DNA of 64,000 nucleotides from a virus: IMG/VR virus record IMGVR_UViG_3300047471_000616, positions 1 to 64,000 of that record; one strand, 5' to 3'. Shown piece by piece: positions 1 to 10,049 of this stretch (position 1 is its first letter; each line of letters starts with the position of its first letter). The notes under the pieces were generated by a model. It saw only the letters and a program-made list of their open reading frames with translations, ran no database searches and was not told where the DNA came from. The position numbers and the translations under genes were made by a program.

Positions 1-1
1 T

Positions 2-1921
2 CGTGGCAACTGCTGTAGAAGCCCCAATCACCACAGACAGTGTCTGGGTTGGAGCCAGCCAAACTACTGCACCGGTAACTGCCGCCTGGGTAGTCGTAGC
101 TACTGCTGTAGTTGCGAAACTGGCTGTAGCATTGACATTAAGGGTTTGTGTGGGGGCAAGCCAGACAACCAGACCAGTCACAGCTGCCTGGGTAGTCGTA
201 ACTGCAACACTAATAAGCGAAACGGTGCCACTAACCGCTACCGACCCGCTGATAGACACCGATCCGGTATTCGTAACCGTGATCGTACCAGTTACAGTCG
301 TTGTAATAGTAGCAGTAACAGTGGCAGTAAGGCTGATCGTCTGGGTAGGTGCCAGCCAGACTACAGCCCCAGTAACAGCAGCCTGGGTAGTCGTAGCTAC
401 TGCTGTAGTTGCGAAACTGGCACCGCTGATAGAAACGGTACCACTAACCAAAACCGAACCAGAAATGGAAACAGAACCAGAAGTTGTTACGCTGACGGTG
501 ACGCCAACGGTAACAGTAATGGTAGAAACCGAAACAGTCCCACTGACAGTAATTGTCTGGGTTGGGGCCAGCCAGACTACAGCCCCAGTAACAGCAGCCT
601 GGGTAGTCGTGGCAACAGCGGTAGTTGCGAAGCTTGCCGTAGCATTAACGGTCATTGTCTGGGTAGGAGCAAGCCAGACAACCATACCAGTTACAGCGGC
701 CTGAGTGGTAGTCATCACCGGGCCTGACAAGGAAACAGTGCCAGTGCCCACTGTAACTGTGCCAGACACTACTGCAGAGACAGATGCTCCTTGCTGAATT
801 GTGACTGAAACACCACTGCTGACAGTAACGGTCCCACTGACAGCAGCGGATACTGTCTGCGTGGGGGCCAGCCAAACCAGCTGCCCAGTTACAGCTGTCT
901 GAGTGGTAGTATTTACTACTCCAGACTGCGTAATTGTACCCGATACAACTGCAGAAACCGAAGCGCCCTGCTGGATAGTGACTGAAACACCAGAACTGAC
1001 GGTAACTGTACCAGATACTACAGCAGAAACTGTCTGAGTTGGGGCCAACCAGACTATTGCGCCGGTTACCGCAGCCTGAGTAGTTGTGGCTACTGCAGTC
1101 GTAGCGAAACTGGCACCGCTGATAGAAACAGTGCCGGAAATGACAACTGTATTGCTGATAGAAACTGTACCACTAACAGCAGGCATACTGCTAATGGAAA
1201 CCGTGCCAGTTCCTATAGTAACCGTCCCGCTGACAACAGCAGAAACAGAAGCTCCCTGTTGAATAGTGACAGAAACACCAGAACTGACAGTTACGGTTCC
1301 ACTGACAGCAGCAGATACTGTCTGCGTAGGTGCCAGCCAAACCAGCTGTCCAGTGGCTGCTACCTGGGTAGTAGTATTTCCTATTCCTGATACGGATACT
1401 GTACCAGACACTACAGCAGATACTGAAGCACCCTGCTGGATGGTAACTGAGACACCAGAACTGACAGTAACGGTCCCACTGACAGCGGGCATAGAACTGA
1501 CAGAAACAACGCCAGTGCTTACCGTTATTGTTCCACTGACAGCAGCGGATACTGTCTGCGTGGGGGCCAGCCAGACTACCGCGCCTGTGACAGCAGCCTG
1601 AGTAGTCGTAGCTACAGCAGTAGTTGCGAAGCTTGCACCACTGATTGAGACTGTACCTGAAACCCCAACTGAACCAGTGACAACTGGTGTCCCTGAGACG
1701 CTGACAGTGCCACTAACCGGGTTTGTAGCAGTAACACTGACGGTGATCCCCAAAGAGCCAGTAACTGGCAATGGGTTAGTAACAGTAACTACACCTCCGT
1801 CAACACCGCTAGTTCCAAGTTGAATTTTGACAGGCTGAAAGATAGCACCACCAACCACGTCGACTGCCATGGTGGCGGTGGCTGATATACCAGTCGACGG
1901 TACGAGGACTATGTCGCCCAT
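2..1921 (-). CDS. Ser/Thr/Val/Ala-rich repeat protein (>640 aa, 3' end outside the window); probable virion surface or fibre protein
   Basis: ATG at 1921 gives MGDIVLVPSTGISATATMAVDVVGGAIFQPVKIQLG...; 9 copies of TTTQAAVTGxxVWLAPTQT, all in one frame, and no stop found in spot checks down to the window edge. Absent from the ORF track because it has no stop in the window. Confidence 0.85.
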   Translation of the reverse strand, partial: MGDIVLVPSTGISATATMAVDVVGGAIFQPVKIQLGTSGVDGGVVTVTNPLPVTGSLGITVSVTATNPVSGTVSVSGTPVVTGSVGVSGTVSISGASFATTAVATTTQAAVTGAVVWLAPTQTVSAAVSGTITVSTGVVSVSSMPAVSGTVTVSSGVSVTIQQGASVSAVVSGTVSVSGIGNTTTQVAATGQLVWLAPTQTVSAAVSGTVTVSSGVSVTIQQGASVSAVVSGTVTIGTGTVSISSMPAVSGTVSISNTVVISGTVSISGASFATTAVATTTQAAVTGAIVWLAPTQTVSAVVSGTVTVSSGVSVTIQQGASVSAVVSGTITQSGVVNTTTQTAVTGQLVWLAPTQTVSAAVSGTVTVSSGVSVTIQQGASVSAVVSGTVTVGTGTVSLSGPVMTTTQAAVTGMVVWLAPTQTMTVNATASFATTAVATTTQAAVTGAVVWLAPTQTITVSGTVSVSTITVTVGVTVSVTTSGSVSISGSVLVSGTVSISGASFATTAVATTTQAAVTGAVVWLAPTQTISLTATVTATITTTVTGTITVTNTGSVSISGSVAVSGTVSLISVAVTTTQAAVTGLVVWLAPTQTLNVNATASFATTAVATTTQAAVTGAVVWLAPTQTLSVVIGASTAVAT

Positions 1922-1974
1922 AAAGGATTACTTTTTAAGAGGTATGAGGCCCTCCACGCCCGCAAACAAAATAA

Positions 1975-3696
1975 TCACGACTGCAAATGTGGCCACATAT
2001 CATCAAGGCGAGCAGGCAGGAACTTGCCGTTTTCTATGCGTGACTTCACCCGTGGCATCAATAATTGATCTTCAGGGGAATGAACTTCGCAGAGCACCGG
2101 CCCTTCATTCATCAGTACGTTGGTAACCCCCTGCACCAGATTAGATTCGCCGGTCAGCCGCATCGCCGGGATACCAAACGCCGGAGCTGCCTCAAAGAAG
2201 TTGGCACAGGTCAGATCAGAATTTACACCGGCTATGGACTCACGGCCAAAATGGGTGTTCTGCGTGAACCGCATGGTCAGGTAACCCTTGTTGCAGAACA
2301 CGAAGATTTTGACCGGTATCTGGTGGTGGGCAACGGTCTGCAGTTCCTGCAGGTTCATCATCAGGCCACCATCGCCGTTCAGGCTGATGGTCTGCCGCCC
2401 AGCGCCGCCCAGACAGGCCCCTATGGCACCGGGGAGGCCTATACCCATGGCTGACACGCCACCTGAATGCAGCAGCCTTTGTCGGCCATTGAGGGGCATG
2501 GACTGCATGGCTGACAGCACGGCCACCCCGACGTCAGCCACGATTATGGCGTCCTGGTCCATGAGTTTGGCCAGCACTTCCATGAAATAGTAAGAATTGA
2601 CCCCCTTGCTGGTGTCGCGGTACTCAGCCTGCATCACCGGGTATTTTGCCTTCCAATGCCTGCATGTCGCCAGCCACACTGGGCAGGTAAAGTTTGGACT
2701 TTCATCCAGAAGTGCAGTCAGAAAATCCTTGGCGTCGGCAACAATTGGCAGATCAGTCCTGATGGTTTTCTTGGTGGTCTCAGCCGAGTCAATATCCACT
2801 ACAATCAACTTGGCTTTCGGCGCAAACAGCTCCTTGGTGTGACCAATAACCGGGATGGTCAGCCTGCTGCCAATGACCAGCAGCACATCAGCTTCTTGAA
2901 CCGCGAAGTTACCGGCCCGGTCCCCCATCAGGCCAACACGGCCGATGTAGTTGGGGTGATTCGTCGGGACCAGGTCAGTACCGCCCCACGCAGTCACAAC
3001 CGGCAGCCCGCCACGGGCAATCAGAGAAATAAGTTCGTTCTCAGCCCCAGCTAGATGGACACCATTACCTGCCAGGATCAGTGGTCTCTCTGCTTTATTT
3101 AGCATTTCCAGGCAACGGGTCACCCCACTGACCGGCGTAGGGTAGAAATTGGGTGTGAATCCTTTTAATTTATCAGGGTCAACTTCTGCGTTTTGTACAT
3201 CAAGAGGAATTTCCACAAATACCGGGCCTTTGCGCCCTGTCGTGGCCAGGTAAACCGCAAATTCCAGTATATGCCGGATTGCATCCTTGTGCCGCACCGT
3301 ATCTGCGTACTTGGTTATGGGCTTGACGATACTGACCAAATCCAGTTCATTGGGGCCTATTTGCCGGGTACCGGTGCCGTCGATCATGGTGTGACTGGCC
3401 ACCTGACCGGCTATAATGAGCATCGGTACGCTGTCGACGTAGGCCCCTGCTACCCCGGTGAGTGCATTCGTGCCACCTGGGCCGGTGGTAACGTGCACGC
3501 AGGCCATTTTCCCGGTGACCCTGGCGTCCATCTCGGCAGCCATGGCCCCGGCCTGTTCATGATGGACTGCTATTACTTCCAAGCCGGGTTGGTGACAAAT
3601 TGCATCGTTAAGATGCATAGCCCCAGCACCACAGACAGCATAAACACGAGTAACATGCTCATTTAGGAACCTCGCTACGTACTCACTGACTTTCAT
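1975..3696 (-). CDS. ThDP-dependent enzyme, acetolactate synthase-like family (probably sugar-modifying)
   Basis: HHEQAGAMAAE, TTGPGGTN and the GDG ThDP motif (NGDGGLMMNLQEL...N); three-domain size of 573 aa. Confidence 0.9.
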   Translation of the reverse strand: MKVSEYVARFLNEHVTRVYAVCGAGAMHLNDAICHQPGLEVIAVHHEQAGAMAAEMDARVTGKMACVHVTTGPGGTNALTGVAGAYVDSVPMLIIAGQVASHTMIDGTGTRQIGPNELDLVSIVKPITKYADTVRHKDAIRHILEFAVYLATTGRKGPVFVEIPLDVQNAEVDPDKLKGFTPNFYPTPVSGVTRCLEMLNKAERPLILAGNGVHLAGAENELISLIARGGLPVVTAWGGTDLVPTNHPNYIGRVGLMGDRAGNFAVQEADVLLVIGSRLTIPVIGHTKELFAPKAKLIVVDIDSAETTKKTIRTDLPIVADAKDFLTALLDESPNFTCPVWLATCRHWKAKYPVMQAEYRDTSKGVNSYYFMEVLAKLMDQDAIIVADVGVAVLSAMQSMPLNGRQRLLHSGGVSAMGIGLPGAIGACLGGAGRQTISLNGDGGLMMNLQELQTVAHHQIPVKIFVFCNKGYLTMRFTQNTHFGRESIAGVNSDLTCANFFEAAPAFGIPAMRLTGESNLVQGVTNVLMNEGPVLCEVHSPEDQLLMPRVKSRIENGKFLPARLDDMWPHLQS

Positions 3697-4850
3697 AGGA
3701 ACCCCATGTGCGGGGGCGGGGGCGTATCCTGGAACGCAACCTGACCCTTTACGAACTTGTCCAGCCAGGAATTGGAGTTGGTCTGCAGGCAGTTTTCCCC
3801 GCAGTCGGTGGAAGCATCAAACTCGTCGCTGGCAAGGTAGTTCAGCACTTCCCAGTAGCGGTCGCTCTGGTAAATGTCGCGGAAGCGGTCACGGGTGATG
3901 TTGCCGATGTGAAACTTGGAGTAGCGGGAATTGAACTTCTGCCCGCAGGGGGCAATCAGGCCGTTGCCGGACATTTGCAGGATGAAGGGCGGGCCATAGC
4001 AGCGTTGGTAGTCGCGCTTGCCTTCGTCCTGGATGCGTGACCATTTCACTGCCACCCTGAAGCTGTCATCACTGAGGGCTTCAGCTTCCTGGAACAGCGG
4101 GTATAGCTTGCTGTACTGCCGGTAATCAACGTCCAAGTCACCATCAACGGAGTTAGCACAATGCTTCATGATCGCATAGTCTGGCCTGATTTCTTTAGCG
4201 AGACGGGCGAAGGGTACGATCTGATCACCATCCTTTGGCATCACGACAAACTGCATGTTGATGTTCACCGGCAGGTTGTCCCGCCGCTTGATTTCTATAG
4301 CCGCTTTTATATTGTTAACCACCCGGTCGAATAGAGGCTGTTTCAGCCCCATGATTTGTGCCCAGCGAGCCTTATCACCACCGCTAAAATTAAAGCGGAG
4401 GTAAGTAAGACCAGGAAGTATTTGCTCCAAAACTGCTGGAGTGAGTTTAAGACCATTCGAGCTCGTGCCGATTTCAAGGCCACGCTTTGCTCCATATTCA
4501 ACCGATTCGGCGAAGTAGGGAACTTCAGTACTTTCCCCGTCACTGATGAGGCTGACACCCTTGACTCCTATTTCTGCTGCATCGTCAAGATAATCAAAGG
4601 CATTTTGTCGCGTGATGACGGTATCTTCACTAGCCTGTAAGGAGGCGTAGCAGAAGTTACAGGCGGCGGCGCACTTTCTGGTCCAAGCCACGTCCATGGT
4701 AATAGGGGCGATGCGGTCGCCTCGTTGCCATGCCAGGACGCGATCCCGGTACCAACCGATCTTAGTCCCATCGAGTTGCAGGGAATAAACCTCTCCTGCG
4801 GGTTTACCAGAAACGACATGATTGAAAAACTCCGGGATTGGTGTGCTCAT
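3693..4850 (-). CDS. Radical SAM / SPASM-domain protein
   Basis: CxxxCxxC (CAAACNFC), then C-terminal CYGPPF...G.IAPC...IGNI...C..C typical of SPASM/twitch domains. Confidence 0.88.
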   Translation of the reverse strand: MSTPIPEFFNHVVSGKPAGEVYSLQLDGTKIGWYRDRVLAWQRGDRIAPITMDVAWTRKCAAACNFCYASLQASEDTVITRQNAFDYLDDAAEIGVKGVSLISDGESTEVPYFAESVEYGAKRGLEIGTSSNGLKLTPAVLEQILPGLTYLRFNFSGGDKARWAQIMGLKQPLFDRVVNNIKAAIEIKRRDNLPVNINMQFVVMPKDGDQIVPFARLAKEIRPDYAIMKHCANSVDGDLDVDYRQYSKLYPLFQEAEALSDDSFRVAVKWSRIQDEGKRDYQRCYGPPFILQMSGNGLIAPCGQKFNSRYSKFHIGNITRDRFRDIYQSDRYWEVLNYLASDEFDASTDCGENCLQTNSNSWLDKFVKGQVAFQDTPPPPHMGFL

Positions 4851-5047
4851 AGTTTGGCTCGTTGTTCTGTGGTCATGGCGTTGCGCAGCTTGCTGTCGTC
4901 GCCACGCTTTTCCTGAAACACTTCTATGCGCAAGCCGGTCAACCGGCGCAACGTGCGTTCAAAATCCAGCATTGCGGCATTACGGGCAGCGACGGGTACG
5001 TCGGCACCAAACCTTATAAGGGCATGCAGCGCCGGGATTTCAACCAT
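4847..5047 (-). CDS. Hypothetical protein (66 aa), translationally coupled within the sugar cluster
   Basis: Start and stop overlap both neighbours. Confidence 0.6.
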   Translation of the reverse strand: MVEIPALHALIRFGADVPVAARNAAMLDFERTLRRLTGLRIEVFQEKRGDDSKLRNAMTTEQRAKL

Positions 5048-6185
5048 CCTTGAGGTCCTTCAGTATCTTGGCAGCTCGATGTTCCCACAAATGCCTGGAC
5101 TGCACTACCTTGAAAGCCTCAGCAGTTGCCTTTTCCCGTGCTTCGTGATTGTCCAGCCAGTACTGCGCCTTCGCCTTGAAGTCCTCAGGAGTGAACACAC
5201 CATAGTGGACGTCAGGCTCAAAGCTCTCAGTCAGCTGCCCGACACAATTTCTGGGCGTGGTATGGCTCATGATAAAGCAGCCCATGGCCATGCAGTCCAG
5301 TACCCGTGAATGAATGCCAAACCCCGTTATGTTGACGTGCAGGTTGATCCTTGCCCGTTGGAAGGCGTTATACAACACTTCCGTGTCATTGGTGTGTGGT
5401 TGAACCCACTCAGCAAATTCAGGGTAGTGTTCCCAATTGCCGCCACGGATCTCACACTCTTTGGAAACTTCAAGCATCTTCCTGGCAATGGCCAGCCGGT
5501 CCAGCAGTCTTGAATATTGTACCACCATCCATTTGACTTCCTGGGATCTGTTCTTGAAATGCCCAGCCCAGTCAAATCCCAGGTCCTCCCGCTCAAGCAA
5601 CTCTTTAATGCGGGCGTACATCCCCAGCGGGTCCAATTCGCCACGCAATGGGGTGTAATACTCCCTAAGCAGCCGCTTCACTACTGCCGACCAATAACCT
5701 TCCAGGCCCTCTATCTGATCAACAGGCGGGGGTATGTAAGTGCACAGTGAAAGGTCCAAACCGGGTGTCTTGCGTGGCCTGTTCAGCAGCAAGGGGTCAA
5801 CGGCGTCTGCCAGTGAGCCACGCCAGTGTGGGCCTGACTCGTCTACCCCAACGCTGCGCCCATCCCCAAGGGTATAAATGATGTCGCCGTCCAGGGATTG
5901 TGCTTCGTAGGCGTCAAGCCTGGGGACTTTGTTACCGTGCGGCCAGCTGATCAGGTCTTGGACCCAGGTAATATACCTGACTTCTGGTGCCAGGTACTCG
6001 GGGCGGGCTATGTCAACCCCCAACACTACATCTGCCTGGTTCAGCCGATCATCGTGACCAGACATCATGTAGACGATGTACTCCTCCTTTGAAGCCTTTA
6101 CTACCCCACTAGCCAATGCTGCCAGCATCCTGGCCCGGTAATGGGTCATCATGTCAGTAATTAGGAAGAACCTACGCATGCACAC
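5040..6185 (-). CDS. GT-B glycosyltransferase (Glyco_trans_1_2 / CgeB-like C-terminus)
   Basis: ARINLH...RVLDCMAMGCFIMS...FEPDVHY...HLWEHRAAKIL pattern. Confidence 0.8.
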   Translation of the reverse strand: MCMRRFFLITDMMTHYRARMLAALASGVVKASKEEYIVYMMSGHDDRLNQADVVLGVDIARPEYLAPEVRYITWVQDLISWPHGNKVPRLDAYEAQSLDGDIIYTLGDGRSVGVDESGPHWRGSLADAVDPLLLNRPRKTPGLDLSLCTYIPPPVDQIEGLEGYWSAVVKRLLREYYTPLRGELDPLGMYARIKELLEREDLGFDWAGHFKNRSQEVKWMVVQYSRLLDRLAIARKMLEVSKECEIRGGNWEHYPEFAEWVQPHTNDTEVLYNAFQRARINLHVNITGFGIHSRVLDCMAMGCFIMSHTTPRNCVGQLTESFEPDVHYGVFTPEDFKAKAQYWLDNHEAREKATAEAFKVVQSRHLWEHRAAKILKDLKDG

Positions 6186-6196
6186 ACCCCACCGAG

Positions 6197-7366
6197 TTAG
6201 TCTACATACTTTGACGGGTTATCGGCCTGGTACTGCTTGACGGTCCTGCTCGCTTCGCAATCCACCATGTCAGCCAGTGCCACCATTTCCTTCGGCATCC
6301 AATCATGCGCAAATACGGTTTTGCTGTTGAGTACCGTTTCCATGAACCATTGAATAGCTTTCTTTGTTGGGGTTTGCCGCACCAAATCCAATCCTTCAAG
6401 GAAGGTGGCATGGGTCAGAGCACGGCCACGATGCACCGACCAGGTGCTGAGGTCCCCCCTGCAGGGCGTTTTCTGGTACAGAGCCTGCAGGAAATGCCGC
6501 TGCGGGCACATGATCCGGATAACAGCAGGGTTCAGTTCCAAAAGCTTGGTTGCCCACTCCATACTGGGGCGCGGCCCCCACCAGCACCGGCTCTCCCCAA
6601 GTTCCTTGATCGGTTGTGCTGCATAATTGAGCGAGTAGAAATATTCATGCGGATGCACATCCAGCCAAGTCATGTAGCGGGTAATCCATGCATCGTTCAT
6701 TTCCTGCATGGACCCAATGCTGAGTACGACGTCGCTTACTCCCCATACCCTTTCTAGCTTCTCGGCGGGCACCAGCAGTATCTTGGCATCTGGGGGTACG
6801 GTATCAATGCAATAAGCAACCTTATCACCAAATATCGCCCGCAGATTTACCTCAGAAAAGTACAGGGACTCAGGCAAGTCAATGATTACGTAGTGATCCA
6901 CCGGGAAGTAGAGGCACCAAAGCCGGGCCATGGCCCCGTCACCACCACCGATCTCAATTACGTTCCTGGCATTTGGCACATGGCTGCGAATGGTAAAAAG
7001 TGAATAAAGATGCCAGAAAAACATGTCGCTGACTTGAATTTTGCCGTCATTCGCCAGCGTTTCAGGCAGCGACTTGGGATTATCGGTCATTATGTCAAGA
7101 AAATCATTGAACCAGGGGAATTCATGACGAAGAATGCCGAGACAGGCACCAAGCAGTTGTGGGTCTGCCTTTTCCCGGTGTGAGAATGGTAAGGCCCTGG
7201 AGTTTTGAGCGAAGTGCAGTACCTGGGTGGTGTCGGTGAAACTGCCGATCACCCTGCGCATTTCCCTGGCCCACTCATACCAGCGGCCATAGTCGGGGAT
7301 TTCCTTGCCGTCGGTGGCGGCATGAAAATGGGCAGCTGCCAGTTCAAGAATGCTCTGTTCACTCAT
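6197..7366 (-). CDS. Putative sugar O-methyltransferase (class I SAM-dependent)
   Basis: VIEIGGGDG motif I, YVIIDLPESL motif II, SMQEM. Confidence 0.75.
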   Translation of the reverse strand: MSEQSILELAAAHFHAATDGKEIPDYGRWYEWAREMRRVIGSFTDTTQVLHFAQNSRALPFSHREKADPQLLGACLGILRHEFPWFNDFLDIMTDNPKSLPETLANDGKIQVSDMFFWHLYSLFTIRSHVPNARNVIEIGGGDGAMARLWCLYFPVDHYVIIDLPESLYFSEVNLRAIFGDKVAYCIDTVPPDAKILLVPAEKLERVWGVSDVVLSIGSMQEMNDAWITRYMTWLDVHPHEYFYSLNYAAQPIKELGESRCWWGPRPSMEWATKLLELNPAVIRIMCPQRHFLQALYQKTPCRGDLSTWSVHRGRALTHATFLEGLDLVRQTPTKKAIQWFMETVLNSKTVFAHDWMPKEMVALADMVDCEASRTVKQYQADNPSKYVD

Positions 7367-7961
7367 TCAATGCCTGCACACCCGACTCAACACGCGCACG
7401 CTCCATGGTTAATTCATCAACAATCTGGTGCAGAATGATCTGATGGGTCAGTTCGACAAAGCCGTACCGGTGTGACGGCACCCAGAAGTTGATATCGCCG
7501 CAGCCACGCAGTCGGTTGTTATGGTCAAAGCCGCTGAAGGTAAAGACCTGAACCCTGCCAACGTGTCTGGCTGCCTCAACTGCATTGATGATATTTGCAG
7601 ACTCACCGGAACTTGAGATTGCCACTAGAATATCACCCGGCATGCCATAATACTGTATCTGTTTGGCATAGACCTGAGAGTAACCGAAATCATTCGCCAA
7701 ACAAGTCAGTACAGAAGGGTCATTGCATGCCGTGGCGGCAACGTGAGCGTTCTTTGACAGGTCTATGGCCATATGACTGGCAATCGCGGCTGAGCCACCG
7801 TTGCCAACCAGCATGATCTTGCGCCCTTCGTAACGGGCCGCCTTGAAACGCGAGCAGACGTACGCAATGACGTCCTGGCAGGCACAACCGTCGTAGTTAG
7901 TTACCTCGGTCCTGTGGTGTGCCGCAGCAAGCTGCCCGAAATACGTCATTTCAGCAGCCAC
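7359..7961 (-). CDS. gmhA: SIS-domain phosphoheptose isomerase (GmhA-like)
   Basis: GNGGSAAIASH, TCLANDFGY, GDILVAISSSGES.NI, VELTH. Confidence 0.88.
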   Translation of the reverse strand: MAAEMTYFGQLAAAHHRTEVTNYDGCACQDVIAYVCSRFKAARYEGRKIMLVGNGGSAAIASHMAIDLSKNAHVAATACNDPSVLTCLANDFGYSQVYAKQIQYYGMPGDILVAISSSGESANIINAVEAARHVGRVQVFTFSGFDHNNRLRGCGDINFWVPSHRYGFVELTHQIILHQIVDELTMERARVESGVQALNE

Positions 7962-9307
7962 TCAAGGTTCTTGATGATGTCGTTGCGGCCGACGTGCTGG
8001 CGGTGGCCTAGGATGGCAGTTTTAAGTCCCCCAGCCACGTTACCAACGAAAGCTGCCATTTCTACATCAAGACCAGCAGCTATTAGAGGTGATGCCACAG
8101 CAAGGAAAGCATCTCCAGCCCCCATAGTATCAAAACCGCTGTCAGCAAAAGCGGGAATATCCTTAGGAGGGCCAAGAGAAGGCGCATAACTGACTGAACC
8201 ATAGCGGCCTCTGGTGACTGTGACGGTCTTGGCCTTGGTATACTGTGATAGTTTGGTCATGACACCAAGTAAAGGCCCGTCCTGGTCACCAGCAGCCATC
8301 CTGGCCTCGGGTTCGTCAACACACACGTAGTCGGCGCGTTCGTATTTCTTGACTGAATTGAAACCCCAGTTACCGGCGTTGGACTGCGCGGTGACCGCTA
8401 AGAACTTGGCCTGGGAAAGCGCCTTGCGGTCCACTGCATTCAGCAAGCCATGACCAAAATCGTACACAATGGCCACATCACAGGCTTGGATGGCACCGTT
8501 CCGCCTGGCTGCCCACAGTGCCGGGTCTGACTTGGGGGGCAGTTCCCGTGCTGAGTAGATTTCAAACAGCTTGCGTGAGAAGTCAGCGTCCACATACCGG
8601 GTTTTAGTTATAGCATCATCGCTGGTCGTAATGTTTACCAGGGGCCAATCCCCATGCTTGGCCGCCGCCATCACCCCGCCTTCAAACCGCTCCTCGGTCA
8701 CAGCCACGGTGGCAAGGATGAACTCCTTAGAAGGCTTTGCCAGGGGCTTGACATACCGATATTCGTCAATAATGGTTTCACCAACGAAGGCGATCCGGAG
8801 TTTGTCGGCTTTTTCAAAGGCAGCCAGCACAGAATCCAGGAAACCACGGCGTCTGGCGGTTTCCAGGTAGGCAAGAGTAGCCTCAGGCAAGCGGACATTG
8901 CGCAATAACCTGGTGCTGGACCACTTTTCACTGGTGGTGATGTAAAATCTACCTCCCACACCCTCAATGGCAGCTATTTCGCTGAGCAAACCGGGGTCAT
9001 TGGAGCCGACGTAGTCACCACCCTTGGCGTAGACAGCAGGTTTGACCTGAGAAATGATCTCAGCGGCGGTTCCTGACTCGCTGATTATGACAGCGTCAAC
9101 GCAGGCCAAGGCCAGCAACGCTTCCCTGCGTTGTTCGGCGCTGAATTGTGGCCGACCGTGACCCTTGTTGACGTGTTTATCGGCTGTGATGCTGACGACC
9201 AGCCGATCACCCAGCGAGCGAGCCTCCTGAAGGTGCCGGATGTGGCCCAAATGCAGAAGATCGAAGCAACCATGGGCCAAAACAGTTCGCGAAGCAGCTT
9301 GCAGCAT
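7946..9307 (-). CDS. Bifunctional nucleotidyltransferase + PfkB sugar kinase (HldE/RfaE-like, domains in reverse order)
   Basis: N-terminal HGCFDLLHLGH (HIGH-type) and KGGDY; C-terminal VGETIID, DFGHG and DTMGAGDAF PfkB signature. Confidence 0.88.
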   Translation of the reverse strand: MLQAASRTVLAHGCFDLLHLGHIRHLQEARSLGDRLVVSITADKHVNKGHGRPQFSAEQRREALLALACVDAVIISESGTAAEIISQVKPAVYAKGGDYVGSNDPGLLSEIAAIEGVGGRFYITTSEKWSSTRLLRNVRLPEATLAYLETARRRGFLDSVLAAFEKADKLRIAFVGETIIDEYRYVKPLAKPSKEFILATVAVTEERFEGGVMAAAKHGDWPLVNITTSDDAITKTRYVDADFSRKLFEIYSARELPPKSDPALWAARRNGAIQACDVAIVYDFGHGLLNAVDRKALSQAKFLAVTAQSNAGNWGFNSVKKYERADYVCVDEPEARMAAGDQDGPLLGVMTKLSQYTKAKTVTVTRGRYGSVSYAPSLGPPKDIPAFADSGFDTMGAGDAFLAVASPLIAAGLDVEMAAFVGNVAGGLKTAILGHRQHVGRNDIIKNLEWLLK

Positions 9308-9310
9308 TGC

Positions 9311-9946
9311 TCAACCAGCCATGACTGACTTGATTTTGTCCAATTTTTCCTTGAGAGCGGCTTTCGTAGCCTCAACTTCTTTGAGATTTGCTATAAGTTT
9401 GGATTCTCCCTTCCGCACATCGGCCTCTCGGCTGGCAAGTTTGGCCTCGGTATCCCTCTTGTAGACATCAAACTCATGAGCTCTAGCATCGCGATCAGCC
9501 TGTACGGCCTCAAAATCCTTTACCCTAGCCAAAAGCTTCTGTTCCTTGGCCGCAACTTCCTTCTCGCGGGCAATGAAGGCATCACGCAAGTGCTGGCGGT
9601 GGCCTTCCAGTTCAGCCTCGGCCTGCTGCTGAAAGGCAGCGTGCTGGGTAACCATGTCGCGCTCACGCTTGACGGCATCGGCAACCTGGCGATCAGCTTC
9701 GTCCTTCAGCTGCCTGGCTTCGACCAGCTGCTTCTCGGCCTTAGCCGCCATGTCAGCGGTGAATTTCTTGATCTCTTCGTTTTTGGCAGTGATCTCGACA
9801 ATGTGCTTCTCGGCAGCCTTGGTTTCATTAAGCCGGTTGCCAATCTCACGCAGCTTGGTTTGGTAGCTGGGTTCGTCCTTGAGCATGCCAATGACGTCGA
9901 CGAAGCTCATTTCGCCGCCGCCGCCGGTTGGCGCTGATCCCATCAT
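9311..9946 (-). CDS. Coiled-coil hypothetical protein
   Basis: K/E/A-rich heptads; GGAGG Shine-Dalgarno upstream. Confidence 0.75.
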   Translation of the reverse strand: MMGSAPTGGGGEMSFVDVIGMLKDEPSYQTKLREIGNRLNETKAAEKHIVEITAKNEEIKKFTADMAAKAEKQLVEARQLKDEADRQVADAVKRERDMVTQHAAFQQQAEAELEGHRQHLRDAFIAREKEVAAKEQKLLARVKDFEAVQADRDARAHEFDVYKRDTEAKLASREADVRKGESKLIANLKEVEATKAALKEKLDKIKSVMAG

Positions 9947-10049
9947 GGTGGTAACCTCCTATTTAACTAAATGTAGAAGAAAGCTGACGACAAACGGGGC
10001 CAGTATCAGCGCGATCAGTGGGGCGGAGAAGAACCAAACATACCACATA

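Noticed and set aside
3-1601. Plus-strand ORFs 3-704, 146-727 and 1266-1601
   Set aside because: Shadows of the minus-strand repeat gene; they are interrupted by stops, while the minus frame is continuous and co-oriented with the operon.
1975-3696. ilvB as a branched-chain amino-acid auxiliary gene
   Set aside because: No small subunit, ilvC or ilvD; the sugar-cluster context points to a sugar-modifying ThDP enzyme, so no symbol was given.
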